Part shown: piece after piece, positions 36,873 through 46,711 of the stretch
Position numbering within the stretch: the stretch's first letter is position 1
Layout of the letters: each line of letters opens with the position of its first letter
Assembly: GCA_015059405.1 (NCBI GenBank)
Contig: SVAL01000005.1
Span: forward strand, 34,016 to 98,015
DNA length: 64,000 nt
Direction of reading: 5' to 3'
From: Bacillota bacterium
Lineage (GTDB): Bacteria; Bacillota_I; Bacilli_A; RF39; UBA660
The notes under the pieces: model-generated
Told to the model about the DNA's origin: nothing
The model's database searches: none
The model's input: the letters and a program-made list of their open reading frames with translations, nothing else
Program-made: the position numbers and the translations under genes

Positions 36873-39134
36873 ATGAAGGAAAATAAAGGTTTTACATTAA
36901 TAGAATTACTGGCTGTAATAGTAATACTTGGTTTACTTATGGCAATAGCAATACCAAGTGTTACAAAATATATTACTGAATCTAGAAAAAAGACTTTAAC
37001 TACAACGGTAGGTAATTATATAAGTGCACTTGTTAATGAAGTTAACGATCTTTCTTATATATTTACTGATGCTAATACAATTTACGCAGTACCAATAGAG
37101 TGTATATCACTTGAAAGGGGTGGAACAGATCCTTTTGGATATTGGTATCAAGCAAATGATGCATATTTTGCATATGTACTTGTACAATATGATGATGTTA
37201 ATTCTAAGTACATTTATGGATTTACATTTAAAGATAGTGCTGGTTATGGATTGTATCCAACTATACAAGGAAATATAGATGAAAATGGTAAGCAAGTTAA
37301 AACAGGATATGATTTAAATAGACCAAAGACAGGGGAACTTACTTCTTTAACTGGTTTAGCTAAATGGCAAGAGTCAGGGTTTAAAGTAGATTCTTCGACT
37401 TATTTACAAGTTTTAGAAGCAACTAGTGAAGGCACTATAGGAGATGGAATATCAACCTGTACTTTATGTCAAAAAGGTGATAATTATGCTAAAGTAGAAG
37501 AAGACAAAATTACATGTAACTCGAATAAAGATCCTAGTTGTGATAGTACTCCTGGGATTTTAACAGGGAATGGTAAGCAAAACGACCCTTATTTGATAGA
37601 ATCTATGGAAGATTTAGTAGCTTTTGCTAATATTATTAATAATAAAAAATACGAGACTGGTTTTTATACTCCTATTATTTTTGAAGGTAGAAAAGTTTGG
37701 TGTAATTTTTATGTGGAATTAGCTAAAAACTTGGATTTTAAAGATCCGTCTTCATATGTTAATTCTAATACAAAAGAATTTGGGGATGTTAATAATAATG
37801 GAATTGTTGAACCTTTGATTGTAGAATTGAATTCAGGGGATGGATTCCCAACAATTAATTCAAATAACGATAATGAATTGAGGTTAGTCTTTGATGGAAA
37901 AAATCATTATTTAAAGAATTATAATTATAATATTGTTAATACTGATGCATCTAAGGTTGTTAACTTATCGTTATTTGGTGAGTTTGATGGAAGTTTTTAT
38001 AGTACTAATATAGCTAATTTAGCTTTGAAAGATGTTAACTTTTTTGTAGATACTGCAGGAGATGCTTATATAAGCCCTGTTATTAAAGAGATTAAGTCTT
38101 ATTATACATATCAATTATCTAATATAAGTGTTACAGGAAAAATTCAAGCTAAGTGTGGAGGGGCTTGTAATGTAGGAGGAATGGCTTATTCAATATTTAC
38201 TTATGGTAATGGTGCTGATGATGCTGTAAATAAAATAAATGTAAATTTAGATATAGATGTTTCTGGTAATAATGTTGTTGTTGGTGGTATTGCTAGTAGG
38301 TCTTCTAATTTAGGATATTATATTTTAGATTCTAATTTTACTGGTGATATTAATGTAAAAGCAACTAATGAGGCTTATGTTGGTGGTATTAATGCTACTT
38401 CTATTTATTTTAAATCAGTAAATTCATCTGTTAGTTCTGATATTCATGTGGAAACTAAATCGGGTGAAGTTTATGGGATTGGTAAAGGTACTATTTATAA
38501 TAGTTTTTATAAGGGTGATATGTATGTAAAATCATATACGCCTCTTAATATGGCTGGTTTAGGTAGAGATAATGTATATAATTCGTATGCAATTGGGGAT
38601 ATAATTGTTGATGCTGAATATAGATATAATTTTCCAAAAATAGGAGGTTTAACATCTTCTGGTCAAGTATTTGATTCATATTATATTGGAAATGTTTCTT
38701 ATAATACTAATACAAGTTATGGTGGTGGGGGACCGACTGTTTTATTAGGTTTATTAAGTGGTGGAAATTCTACTTTTAATTCTTTTTCAAGAGGAAAGAT
38801 TACTAATACTCAACAAACAACGTATAGAACTTTTTTTGGAATTTTAAGTCCTCATGATACGGATAGAGCAGCACCTGAAATTGTTAATAGTTATTATGGA
38901 GAAGATAGCTCATATACTGGAAATGCTCCTTGTTATTATGGTGGAGAGAAAGTAACAATTAATAATTTGAAAAATTCTAATTGGTATATAAACAGTTTGA
39001 AACTAGATAATAATTGGGTGTTAAAAGATGGTTATTATCCATTGATTAATAGATGTAATTTTGATTCTAGTACTTCTACTTGTGTTGCTACTACTGAACT
39101 TTTACCTAAACAAGATTGGGTTAAGGTGAATTGA
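36873..39134 (+). CDS. Modular type IV pilin, paralog 3, with a C-terminal GLUG-motif domain.
   Basis: Same prepilin and pilin domain. After GDNY comes ...GNGKQNDPYLIESMEDLVAFANI, then repeated VGGI/GGIAS GLUG-like motifs. Confidence 0.8.
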   Translation: MKENKGFTLIELLAVIVILGLLMAIAIPSVTKYITESRKKTLTTTVGNYISALVNEVNDLSYIFTDANTIYAVPIECISLERGGTDPFGYWYQANDAYFAYVLVQYDDVNSKYIYGFTFKDSAGYGLYPTIQGNIDENGKQVKTGYDLNRPKTGELTSLTGLAKWQESGFKVDSSTYLQVLEATSEGTIGDGISTCTLCQKGDNYAKVEEDKITCNSNKDPSCDSTPGILTGNGKQNDPYLIESMEDLVAFANIINNKKYETGFYTPIIFEGRKVWCNFYVELAKNLDFKDPSSYVNSNTKEFGDVNNNGIVEPLIVELNSGDGFPTINSNNDNELRLVFDGKNHYLKNYNYNIVNTDASKVVNLSLFGEFDGSFYSTNIANLALKDVNFFVDTAGDAYISPVIKEIKSYYTYQLSNISVTGKIQAKCGGACNVGGMAYSIFTYGNGADDAVNKINVNLDIDVSGNNVVVGGIASRSSNLGYYILDSNFTGDINVKATNEAYVGGINATSIYFKSVNSSVSSDIHVETKSGEVYGIGKGTIYNSFYKGDMYVKSYTPLNMAGLGRDNVYNSYAIGDIIVDAEYRYNFPKIGGLTSSGQVFDSYYIGNVSYNTNTSYGGGGPTVLLGLLSGGNSTFNSFSRGKITNTQQTTYRTFFGILSPHDTDRAAPEIVNSYYGEDSSYTGNAPCYYGGEKVTINNLKNSNWYINSLKLDNNWVLKDGYYPLINRCNFDSSTSTCVATTELLPKQDWVKVN

Positions 39135-39191
39135 GTTGTTAAAAAAAGAATTGTTTATCAGTTCTTTTTTTATTTGGGTATAAATAATTGT

Positions 39192-39268
39192 TTTTTTGTG
39201 GTACAAAGTAAAATCTTGATATATGTGAATACGAATGATAAAATTATATCTAGAATAGGAATGGTATT
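39192..39268 (+). promoter_or_regulatory. Second copy of the conserved promoter and leader, for paralog 4.
   Basis: See 36796-36872. Confidence 0.5.
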
Positions 39269-40549
39269 ATGAAGAAAAATAAAGGTTTTACATTAATAGA
39301 ATTACTAGCTGTAATAGTAATACTTGGTTTACTTATGGCAATAGCAATACCAAGTGTTACAAAATATATTACTGAATCTAGAAAAAAGACTGTTACATCA
39401 ACAATAGGTAATTATATAACAGCCATGGTAAATGAAGTAAATGATTTAACTTATACATTTACTGATGCGAATACTATTTATGCAGTACCAATTGAGTGTA
39501 TTGCGTTAGAACGAGGTGGTACTAATCCATTTGGTGCATGGTATCAAGCCAATGATAGTTACTGGGCATATGTTTTAGTTCAATATGATGATGAAACTTC
39601 ATCATATAGATATGGATATACCTTTAAGGATAGTGCTGGATATGGATTATATCCAACAGCGCAGTCTAAGTTAAATGAAAGTGGAAAACAAATCCAAACT
39701 GGACTTAATTTAAAGAGACCAGAAACTGGTAAAGTAACAACTATAACAGCAGTAGATAACTGGAATGGATTTGGAGTAAATAGTTCTACTGATTTAGTAG
39801 TATTAGTTGCTGAAAGTGAAGGAAATATTGGAGATGGAATAAATACATGTACATTACACCAAAAAGGAGATAATTATTCACAGGTAGAAGAAAATGTTCT
39901 TCCTCCTAAAAATGAACCAGACGAACCAACTCCTCCTATAGAAGAAATACCTGATGATATTCCAGAAGAAACTCCTCCTCAAGATGATTCTACTATTATT
40001 TTATCTAGTTGTACTGGAACTGGTACAAAAGTTGGCAATATGATATCTTGTGGTAATGAAAAATTTTATATAATTGAAAGTAACGAAGAAACAATTACTA
40101 TGTTATCTAGGTATATGATTACTAAAGATTTAAATAATCCTGTGCAAACGACTACTTTTAGTACAATTAAATTTGCTAATTCTAATTATTGGAGTTATAA
40201 TGTATCGAAGTATCCTGCATATGTTTATAATGAAAAATCAAATTTATATCCTTATGTTGAAGCATATGAAAATTATTTAAAAATTAATTTTAATCTGAAT
40301 ACTGCTTCTGCTAGTTTAATTAGTTATGAGCAACTAGTTGCTTTAGGTTGTAAAAAAACAGGTTTTACTTGTAATGGCTCTTCTTATAGTAGTTGGTTAA
40401 GACCTATTTCTGGATATTATTGGACTGGAAGTGCTGACACTAAATCTACCTTGTTTTATGTAAATGAGGGTGGAGGATTTTTGAGCCATAGTACAGCAAG
40501 TGGTATAAGACCGATAGTGACAGTTAATAAAGAACAAATAAAATTTTAA
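39269..40549 (+). CDS. Modular type IV pilin, paralog 4, with a Pro/Glu-rich linker and an uncharacterised C-terminal domain.
   Basis: Same prepilin and pilin domain. Linker PPKNEPDEPTPPIEEIPDDIPEETPPQDD, then a globular domain of about 190 aa with 4 Cys. Confidence 0.8.
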   Translation: MKKNKGFTLIELLAVIVILGLLMAIAIPSVTKYITESRKKTVTSTIGNYITAMVNEVNDLTYTFTDANTIYAVPIECIALERGGTNPFGAWYQANDSYWAYVLVQYDDETSSYRYGYTFKDSAGYGLYPTAQSKLNESGKQIQTGLNLKRPETGKVTTITAVDNWNGFGVNSSTDLVVLVAESEGNIGDGINTCTLHQKGDNYSQVEENVLPPKNEPDEPTPPIEEIPDDIPEETPPQDDSTIILSSCTGTGTKVGNMISCGNEKFYIIESNEETITMLSRYMITKDLNNPVQTTTFSTIKFANSNYWSYNVSKYPAYVYNEKSNLYPYVEAYENYLKINFNLNTASASLISYEQLVALGCKKTGFTCNGSSYSSWLRPISGYYWTGSADTKSTLFYVNEGGGFLSHSTASGIRPIVTVNKEQIKF

Positions 40550-40629
40550 TTTAAATATCAAAAACTATATTTTGAATATAGTTTTTTCTTTTTCTATGTT
40601 ACAATTATAGAGCGTAGGAGGATTACAAT

Positions 40630-42789
40630 ATGAATGAAAATATAATTAAAGAGATAAGTAAAAATTTAAATATAAGAGAAAAGCAAGTAGAAGTAGTTTT
40701 ATCTTTACTTAGTGAAGGTAATACTATTCCTTTTATTGCTAGATATAGAAAAGAAGCAACAGGTGCTTTAGATGAAGAAGTTATTCGCAGTATTAATGAA
40801 GTATATGAATATGAAGTAAATCTTTTAAAGAGAAAAGAAGATGTTATTCGTTTAATAGATGAAAAGGGTATGCTTACTGAAGAATTAAAAAATGAGATTC
40901 TTGCATGTAGTAAATTAGTTGAAGTAGAAGATTTATATCGACCATATAAAGAAAAGAAAAAGACTAAGGCAACAGAAGCTATTGCTAATGGATTAGAACC
41001 TTTATCTAAAATGATTTTAGAGTTTAAAAATAGAGATTATAATGTTGAGGCGAAAGCATTTATTAATGATAAGGTTAAGTCTATTGATGAAGCTCTTATT
41101 GGTGCTAAATATATAATTGCTGAGATTGTTAGTGATAATGCTGAATATCGTAAATATATTCGTGAAAATATTACTAAGTTTGGAACTATTTCTTCTAAAT
41201 TAAAGAAGAAAGTGGAAGATCCAGGAAAAGTATATGAAATGTACTATGATTATAGTGAAGCAGTATCTAGAATTAAACCTCATAGAGTTTTAGCAATTAA
41301 TCGTGGAGAAAAAGAAGGGATTTTATCTGTATCTATTGATGTAGATGAATCATATATTTTAAATTATTTATATAAAAAGAATATTAAAAAAAGTGGAGTT
41401 AGTGAGGAAGAATTAGTTAAAGAAGCAATAGATGATAGTTTTAAGAGATTAATTTTTCCTAGTGTTGAAAGAGAAATTCGTAGTGATTTAAAATTAGTTG
41501 GAGAAGATTGTGCGATTGATAATTTTTCTAAGAATGTAGAAAACTTACTTCTTACTCCACCAATGAAAGAAAAGGTAGTTTTAGGATATGACCCTGCATT
41601 TAGAACTGGTTGTAAGTTAGCTGTTTTAGATGTTACTGGTAAACCTTTAGAAATAGCAGTTATTTATCCAACTGAACCTCATAATAAAATTGAAGAAAGT
41701 AAAAAGATTGTACTTGATTTAATTGATAAGTATAATATTGATATTATCGCAATAGGTAATGGGACAGCATCACGTGAAAGTGAAGCATTTATAGTTGAAG
41801 TTATTAAAGAGTGTAAAAGAAAAGTTGAATACATTATCGTTAATGAAGCAGGGGCATCAGTTTATTCTGCATCAAAACTTGCGATAGATGAATTTCCTGA
41901 TTTAACAGTTGAAAAAAGAAGTGCGATATCTATTGGTAGACGATTACAAGACTCATTAAGTGAACTTGTTAAGATTGATCCTAAAAGTATTGGAGTAGGT
42001 TTATATCAACATGATGTAACTCCTAAGAAGTTAGATGATTCTTTAGACTTTGTAGTTACTAAAGTAGTTAACCAAGTAGGTGTAAATATTAATACTGCAT
42101 CAACATCTTTACTTAAATATGTTTCTGGTTTAAATAAAAAAGCAATTGAAGGTATAATTGCTTATCGTGATGAAAAGGGTAAATTTTTATCACGTAATGA
42201 ACTTAAAAAAGTAAAAGGAATTAGTGATAAAGTATTTGAACAATCAATTGGATTTATGAGAATTATTGATGGTACTAATCCTCTTGATAAAACTTCTATT
42301 CATCCAGAAAGTTATGAAGCATGTGAAAAATTATTATCTAGTCTTGGTTTAGATAAGTCTATGATTGGTACTGATACTTTAGTTAATAAGTTAAAAGATT
42401 TTGATTGTGAAAAGATGAGTGAATCTTTAGAAATAGATAAATATACATTAAAAGATATAGTAGATGATTTATGTAAACCTAATAGGGATCCAAGAGATAA
42501 TATGCCTAAGCCTCTTTTAAAGAGTGATGTCTTACACTTAGAACAATTACATGTAGGAGATAAATTACAAGGAACTGTCCGTAATGTAGTAGATTTTGGT
42601 GTATTTATAGATATTGGTGTTCATAATGATGGGCTTGCACATATTTCTAAATTAACTAGTAAATATATTAAACATCCTAGTGAAGTAGTTAGTGTTGGGG
42701 ATATTGTTGATTGTTATGTACTTAGTGTTGATTTAGAAAAACAAAAAGTATCTTTAAGTTTACTTCCTATTGAACAAGTAGGTGAATAA
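40630..42789 (+). CDS. tex: Transcription accessory protein Tex (YqgF/HhH/S1 domains).
   Basis: 719 aa. N-terminus RYRKEATGALDEEVIR. C-terminal S1 domain (GDKLQGTVRNVVDFGVFIDIG). Confidence 0.85.
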   Translation: MNENIIKEISKNLNIREKQVEVVLSLLSEGNTIPFIARYRKEATGALDEEVIRSINEVYEYEVNLLKRKEDVIRLIDEKGMLTEELKNEILACSKLVEVEDLYRPYKEKKKTKATEAIANGLEPLSKMILEFKNRDYNVEAKAFINDKVKSIDEALIGAKYIIAEIVSDNAEYRKYIRENITKFGTISSKLKKKVEDPGKVYEMYYDYSEAVSRIKPHRVLAINRGEKEGILSVSIDVDESYILNYLYKKNIKKSGVSEEELVKEAIDDSFKRLIFPSVEREIRSDLKLVGEDCAIDNFSKNVENLLLTPPMKEKVVLGYDPAFRTGCKLAVLDVTGKPLEIAVIYPTEPHNKIEESKKIVLDLIDKYNIDIIAIGNGTASRESEAFIVEVIKECKRKVEYIIVNEAGASVYSASKLAIDEFPDLTVEKRSAISIGRRLQDSLSELVKIDPKSIGVGLYQHDVTPKKLDDSLDFVVTKVVNQVGVNINTASTSLLKYVSGLNKKAIEGIIAYRDEKGKFLSRNELKKVKGISDKVFEQSIGFMRIIDGTNPLDKTSIHPESYEACEKLLSSLGLDKSMIGTDTLVNKLKDFDCEKMSESLEIDKYTLKDIVDDLCKPNRDPRDNMPKPLLKSDVLHLEQLHVGDKLQGTVRNVVDFGVFIDIGVHNDGLAHISKLTSKYIKHPSEVVSVGDIVDCYVLSVDLEKQKVSLSLLPIEQVGE

Positions 42790-43120
42790 TATGAAAAAGA
42801 TGATAAATGAATATATTAATTTTATTGAAGAAAAGATTAATACTAAAAAGATAGATAAGTCTTTAGTAGAAGATTTGCTTGTAAAAATATCTTTTTTTCA
42901 GCATGAAAGAATTGTTCATTTTCTAGTTACTATGCTAGTTGGATTAATTACAGTTATATTATTAGTAGTTAATTTATTTATAGAAAATATATTTATATTA
43001 ATTTTACTTTTTATATTTATATGTTTATTAATTCCTTATATGTTTCATTATTATTTTTTAGAAAATAAAGTTCAATATTTATATAAGTTATATGACAAAA
43101 TAAAAGATAGAAGAAATTGA
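42782..43120 (+). CDS. Small membrane protein.
   Basis: 112-aa ORF overlapping the tex stop, with two hydrophobic segments. Confidence 0.45.
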   Translation: MNNMKKMINEYINFIEEKINTKKIDKSLVEDLLVKISFFQHERIVHFLVTMLVGLITVILLVVNLFIENIFILILLFIFICLLIPYMFHYYFLENKVQYLYKLYDKIKDRRN

Positions 43121-43134
43121 TTCTTCTATCTTTT

Positions 43135-44145
43135 TTATTCAAAGTAATTTATGTTGATAGCTTCTTTAACTTTTTTCATAGTTTCTTCGGCTTTTTCTTT
43201 AGCTTTTTTTGTACCATTTTTTAAAATATTATCTACTTCTTCTGGATTGTTTTCATAATACTTTATTTTTTCATGAATTGGTTTTAAGAAATTCATCATG
43301 TTTTCAATAAGTTCTTTTTTACATTGAACGCATCCACGTTCTCCTTTTTTACATTCACTACATAAAGTTTCTATGTTATCATTACCAATTAATTTATGAT
43401 AATAATTAACCATACAAATATCTGGATTTGCGGGATCATCTTTTTTGATTTTATTTGGATCGGTAACTGCAGACATTACTTTTTTTCTAATTGTTTCTTC
43501 ATCATCGCATAGGTAAATAGCATTACCTAAACTTTTTCCCATTTTATCATTTCCATCTAATCCTTTAATTCTTTTATTTTCAGATAGATATGCTTCTGGT
43601 TCAGAAAGTGTTTCTCCATATATATTATTAAATTTTCTAACTATTTCACGACATTGTTCTAGAAGAGGAAGTTGATCTTCTCCAACTGGAACTAATTGTC
43701 CATTGAAAGCAGTTATATCAGCAGCTTGACTTACAGGATATCCTAAAAATCCATAAGTAATACCTTCGCCATTATTTCCAAATAATTCTTTCTTTTGTTT
43801 TATTTCTGTTTTTACAGTTGGATTTCTTTCTAATCTTGCGATTGTTACTAGGTTAGAATAATAAACTGTAAGCTCAGCTATTTCTGGAATCATTGATTGA
43901 ATAAATAATGTTGTTTTTTCTGGATCAATTCCTACTGCTAATAAATCTATTGCTAATTCTTTAACACTTTTTCTAACTTTTTCTGGGTTATCAAAATTAT
44001 CTGTTAAAGCTTGAACGTCAGCTATTTCAACATATGTATTATATTTATCTTGAAGTGCTACCCAGTTTCTAGTTGCTCCAAAATAATGTCCTAAATGTAA
44101 TCTACCTGTTGGTCTAATTCCTGTTAATATGTTTTTCTTTTCCAT
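43135..44145 (-). CDS. trpS: Tryptophanyl-tRNA synthetase.
   Basis: 336 aa. TGIRPTGRLHLGHYFGA (HIGH-type) and KMGKSLGN (KMSKS). The size is typical of class Ic TrpS. Confidence 0.8.
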   Translation of the reverse strand: MEKKNILTGIRPTGRLHLGHYFGATRNWVALQDKYNTYVEIADVQALTDNFDNPEKVRKSVKELAIDLLAVGIDPEKTTLFIQSMIPEIAELTVYYSNLVTIARLERNPTVKTEIKQKKELFGNNGEGITYGFLGYPVSQAADITAFNGQLVPVGEDQLPLLEQCREIVRKFNNIYGETLSEPEAYLSENKRIKGLDGNDKMGKSLGNAIYLCDDEETIRKKVMSAVTDPNKIKKDDPANPDICMVNYYHKLIGNDNIETLCSECKKGERGCVQCKKELIENMMNFLKPIHEKIKYYENNPEEVDNILKNGTKKAKEKAEETMKKVKEAININYFE

Positions 44146-44314
44146 GGTTTTTCTCCCTTAAATAATTCATATGCTTATTTTATCACTTATAATTGTATTT
44201 TACAATAATAGTAAAATTTACTTTTTTAATTTGTAAATAAATACATAAAATAATATTAATATATATGAAATTTATTTTTTTATGATATAATTTTTTTAGA
44301 ATAGTGGTGATAGT

Positions 44315-44935
44315 ATGAGTGAAGAAATTAAAAAGAAAAAGAAAAACACTAAAAAAACTAGTGTAAAAAATAAATCTACAAATAAACCTAAAACAGTTAA
44401 AAAAGAAAAATTAAAAGAAAGTAAAGTAAAAGAAGAAAAAGTAGTTGAAAAAGAAAATATTGAAGTAAAAGAGCCTGTAAAAAAGAAAAGAAAGAAAAAG
44501 AGTTATGTTCTTTTAGGTATTTTGGGTTGTGTTATTTTGTTTTTAATTTTTGCTAGTGTAATTGTATTTAAATGGTATTTACCATCTGAAAAATATACTT
44601 TTGATTATTTTAGTTTAAGAACAATCAATTATTCTATTTCTAAAGAACAAGATAACAAATTAGTTAGTGATAATGGTAAATGTATGATTGTTGTTGCAAA
44701 TGAAATAAAGAAAAGCAAAGATGATGATATTAGTAAATTAGGTGAAGTTGTAACTATTAAACATCATGAGTGGGCTAAACAAGAGTTTTCTACTGGTTAT
44801 ACTTGGATTTCATATTATAAGAATATGACTTATATAATTCAAATGTATGCTAATGATGAAGAAACATTTAACGATGTATGTAAAAAAGATTTTGATCAAA
44901 TAAAAAAATCATTTTCATTTCTAAAAGATGAATAA
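44315..44935 (+). CDS. Hypothetical protein with a Lys-rich N-terminus and one TM helix.
   Basis: 206-aa ORF with RBS agtggtgat. Confidence 0.5.
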   Translation: MSEEIKKKKKNTKKTSVKNKSTNKPKTVKKEKLKESKVKEEKVVEKENIEVKEPVKKKRKKKSYVLLGILGCVILFLIFASVIVFKWYLPSEKYTFDYFSLRTINYSISKEQDNKLVSDNGKCMIVVANEIKKSKDDDISKLGEVVTIKHHEWAKQEFSTGYTWISYYKNMTYIIQMYANDEETFNDVCKKDFDQIKKSFSFLKDE

Positions 44936-44976
44936 AAATTTAAATAGTGATAATAATACTACTGAGGAGGAATTTT

Positions 44977-45522
44977 ATGAAAAAAAGAGTAGTGTTTATT
45001 ATTGCTATTTTATTTTTATTAGTAGGATGTGGAGCTGAGTTTAATACTCCTACAAAAGAAGTAGAAATGTTTTTGAATAAATATCAAAAAAATGATAGTG
45101 AAGTTGTTAATCAATTTGATACTAGTTTATTAGATGAGGGTAATTTAAGTGATGAACAAAAAGAAAAATATAAAGAGATTATGTTAGGTCAATATAAGGA
45201 TTTAACATACGAAATTAAAGAAGAAAAGATAGATGGAAATAAAGCTAAAGTTGAAGTAGAGATTGAAGTATATGATTATACTACAGCTTTAAATAATGCT
45301 TATATGCATTTAGAAGAAAATCAAGATCAGTTTTATGTAGATGATGTTTTAGATGTAGTTAAGTTTGTTGATTATAAATTAGATCAATTATTTAATTATA
45401 AAAATAGAATAACTTATACTATTGTATTTAATCTTGAAAGAGAAAATACAGAATCAGAATGGGTTTTAAAAGATTTAAGTGAAGCTGATTTGAAAAAAAT
45501 TCATGGAATATATTCTAACTAG
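44977..45522 (+). CDS. Lipoprotein (lipobox LLVGC).
   Basis: GAGGAGG RBS at 44962-44968. MKKRVVFIIAILFLLVGCGAE signal with a lipobox. Confidence 0.6.
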   Translation: MKKRVVFIIAILFLLVGCGAEFNTPTKEVEMFLNKYQKNDSEVVNQFDTSLLDEGNLSDEQKEKYKEIMLGQYKDLTYEIKEEKIDGNKAKVEVEIEVYDYTTALNNAYMHLEENQDQFYVDDVLDVVKFVDYKLDQLFNYKNRITYTIVFNLERENTESEWVLKDLSEADLKKIHGIYSN

Positions 45523-45570
45523 ACTAATTAATTAGTCTTTTTTAATTTTATAAATCATTTATTAAAATAG

Positions 45571-46665
45571 GTGATGTTTTTGAAAAAGGTTTTTCTTTTA
45601 CTGATTTTGTTTGTGCTTATTTCTTTTGATTTTACTTATGCTTTATGTAGTAGTAGTCATAGTTGTATTTTAATAGATAATGAAAGTGCGCGAATTCTTT
45701 ATTCTAAAAATATAAATAGTAAACAGTTAATTGCATCAACAACAAAATTAATGACTTTTTTAATAGCGTATGAAAATGGTAATTTAGATGATTATTATAT
45801 AGTTTCAGAAGAAGTATTAAAAATGTATGGTACTAGTATTTATTTAAGCATTGGTGAAAAAGTTAGTTTAAGAGATTTGTTATATGGTCTTATTTTAAGA
45901 AGTGGTAATGATGCGAGTGTAGTTATTGCGAATAATGTAGGTAAAAGTTATGATCATTTTATTGAACTTATGAATAAGAAAGCTAAAGAAATAGGGATGC
46001 GTAATACTATTTTTAAGAATCCACATGGTTTAGATGAAGAAAGTGAGAATTATTCTACTAGTTATGATATGGCTCTTTTATCTAGATATTTACATAAGAT
46101 TCCTTTTTATTTAGAGGTTTCTTCAACAAAACATTATATGATGAAGTCGGATTTAAAAACTTATGATTGGTATAATAGAAATAAATTATTATCATTATAT
46201 AAAAATACTATTAGTGGAAAGAATGGATATACACCAAGAGCAGGTAAAACTTTAGTTAGTGGGGCTATGAAAAATAATTTATCGTTAAGTGCTGTTTCTT
46301 TAGATGATGGAGATATTTATAATACACATATTAAGTTATATGATTATGGATTTAATACTTTTAGTAGATATATGGTCGTAAATAAAGATGAATTCTTTTA
46401 TGAAGATAAGTACTATGGTGGGAGATTATATGTAGAAGAATCTTTTTATTATCCAGTTAAAGAAAATGAAGTAGATAAATTAAATATATTAGTACAGATT
46501 ATAAAAGATGTTGATTTAAATGTTAGTAATAAAGTAGGTAATTTGATTGTATATTTAGATAATGAAGAAATATATAGAGAAGATTTGTTTATAGAAAAAG
46601 AAGAGGTTAAAAAAGATAAAGGTTTTTTTGATAAAATATTAGATTTCTTTAGGAAAATATTTTAG
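45571..46665 (+). CDS. D-alanyl-D-alanine carboxypeptidase (peptidase S11, DacB/PBP5-like).
   Basis: SxxK (ASTTKLMT) and SGN (RSGNDAS) motifs, plus an N-terminal signal. Confidence 0.8.
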   Translation: MMFLKKVFLLLILFVLISFDFTYALCSSSHSCILIDNESARILYSKNINSKQLIASTTKLMTFLIAYENGNLDDYYIVSEEVLKMYGTSIYLSIGEKVSLRDLLYGLILRSGNDASVVIANNVGKSYDHFIELMNKKAKEIGMRNTIFKNPHGLDEESENYSTSYDMALLSRYLHKIPFYLEVSSTKHYMMKSDLKTYDWYNRNKLLSLYKNTISGKNGYTPRAGKTLVSGAMKNNLSLSAVSLDDGDIYNTHIKLYDYGFNTFSRYMVVNKDEFFYEDKYYGGRLYVEESFYYPVKENEVDKLNILVQIIKDVDLNVSNKVGNLIVYLDNEEIYREDLFIEKEEVKKDKGFFDKILDFFRKIF

Positions 46666-46711
46666 TTGATAAATTAAGGCGAATAGTGTATAATATGCTA
46701 TGGTGATTTTT

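Noticed and set aside
44146-44314. A possible T-box riboswitch leader for trpS on the minus strand.
   Set aside because: The intergenic region is only about 170 nt. It lacks the conserved T-box sequence (no ccacc on the plus strand corresponding to GGUGG) and has no specifier or antiterminator architecture.
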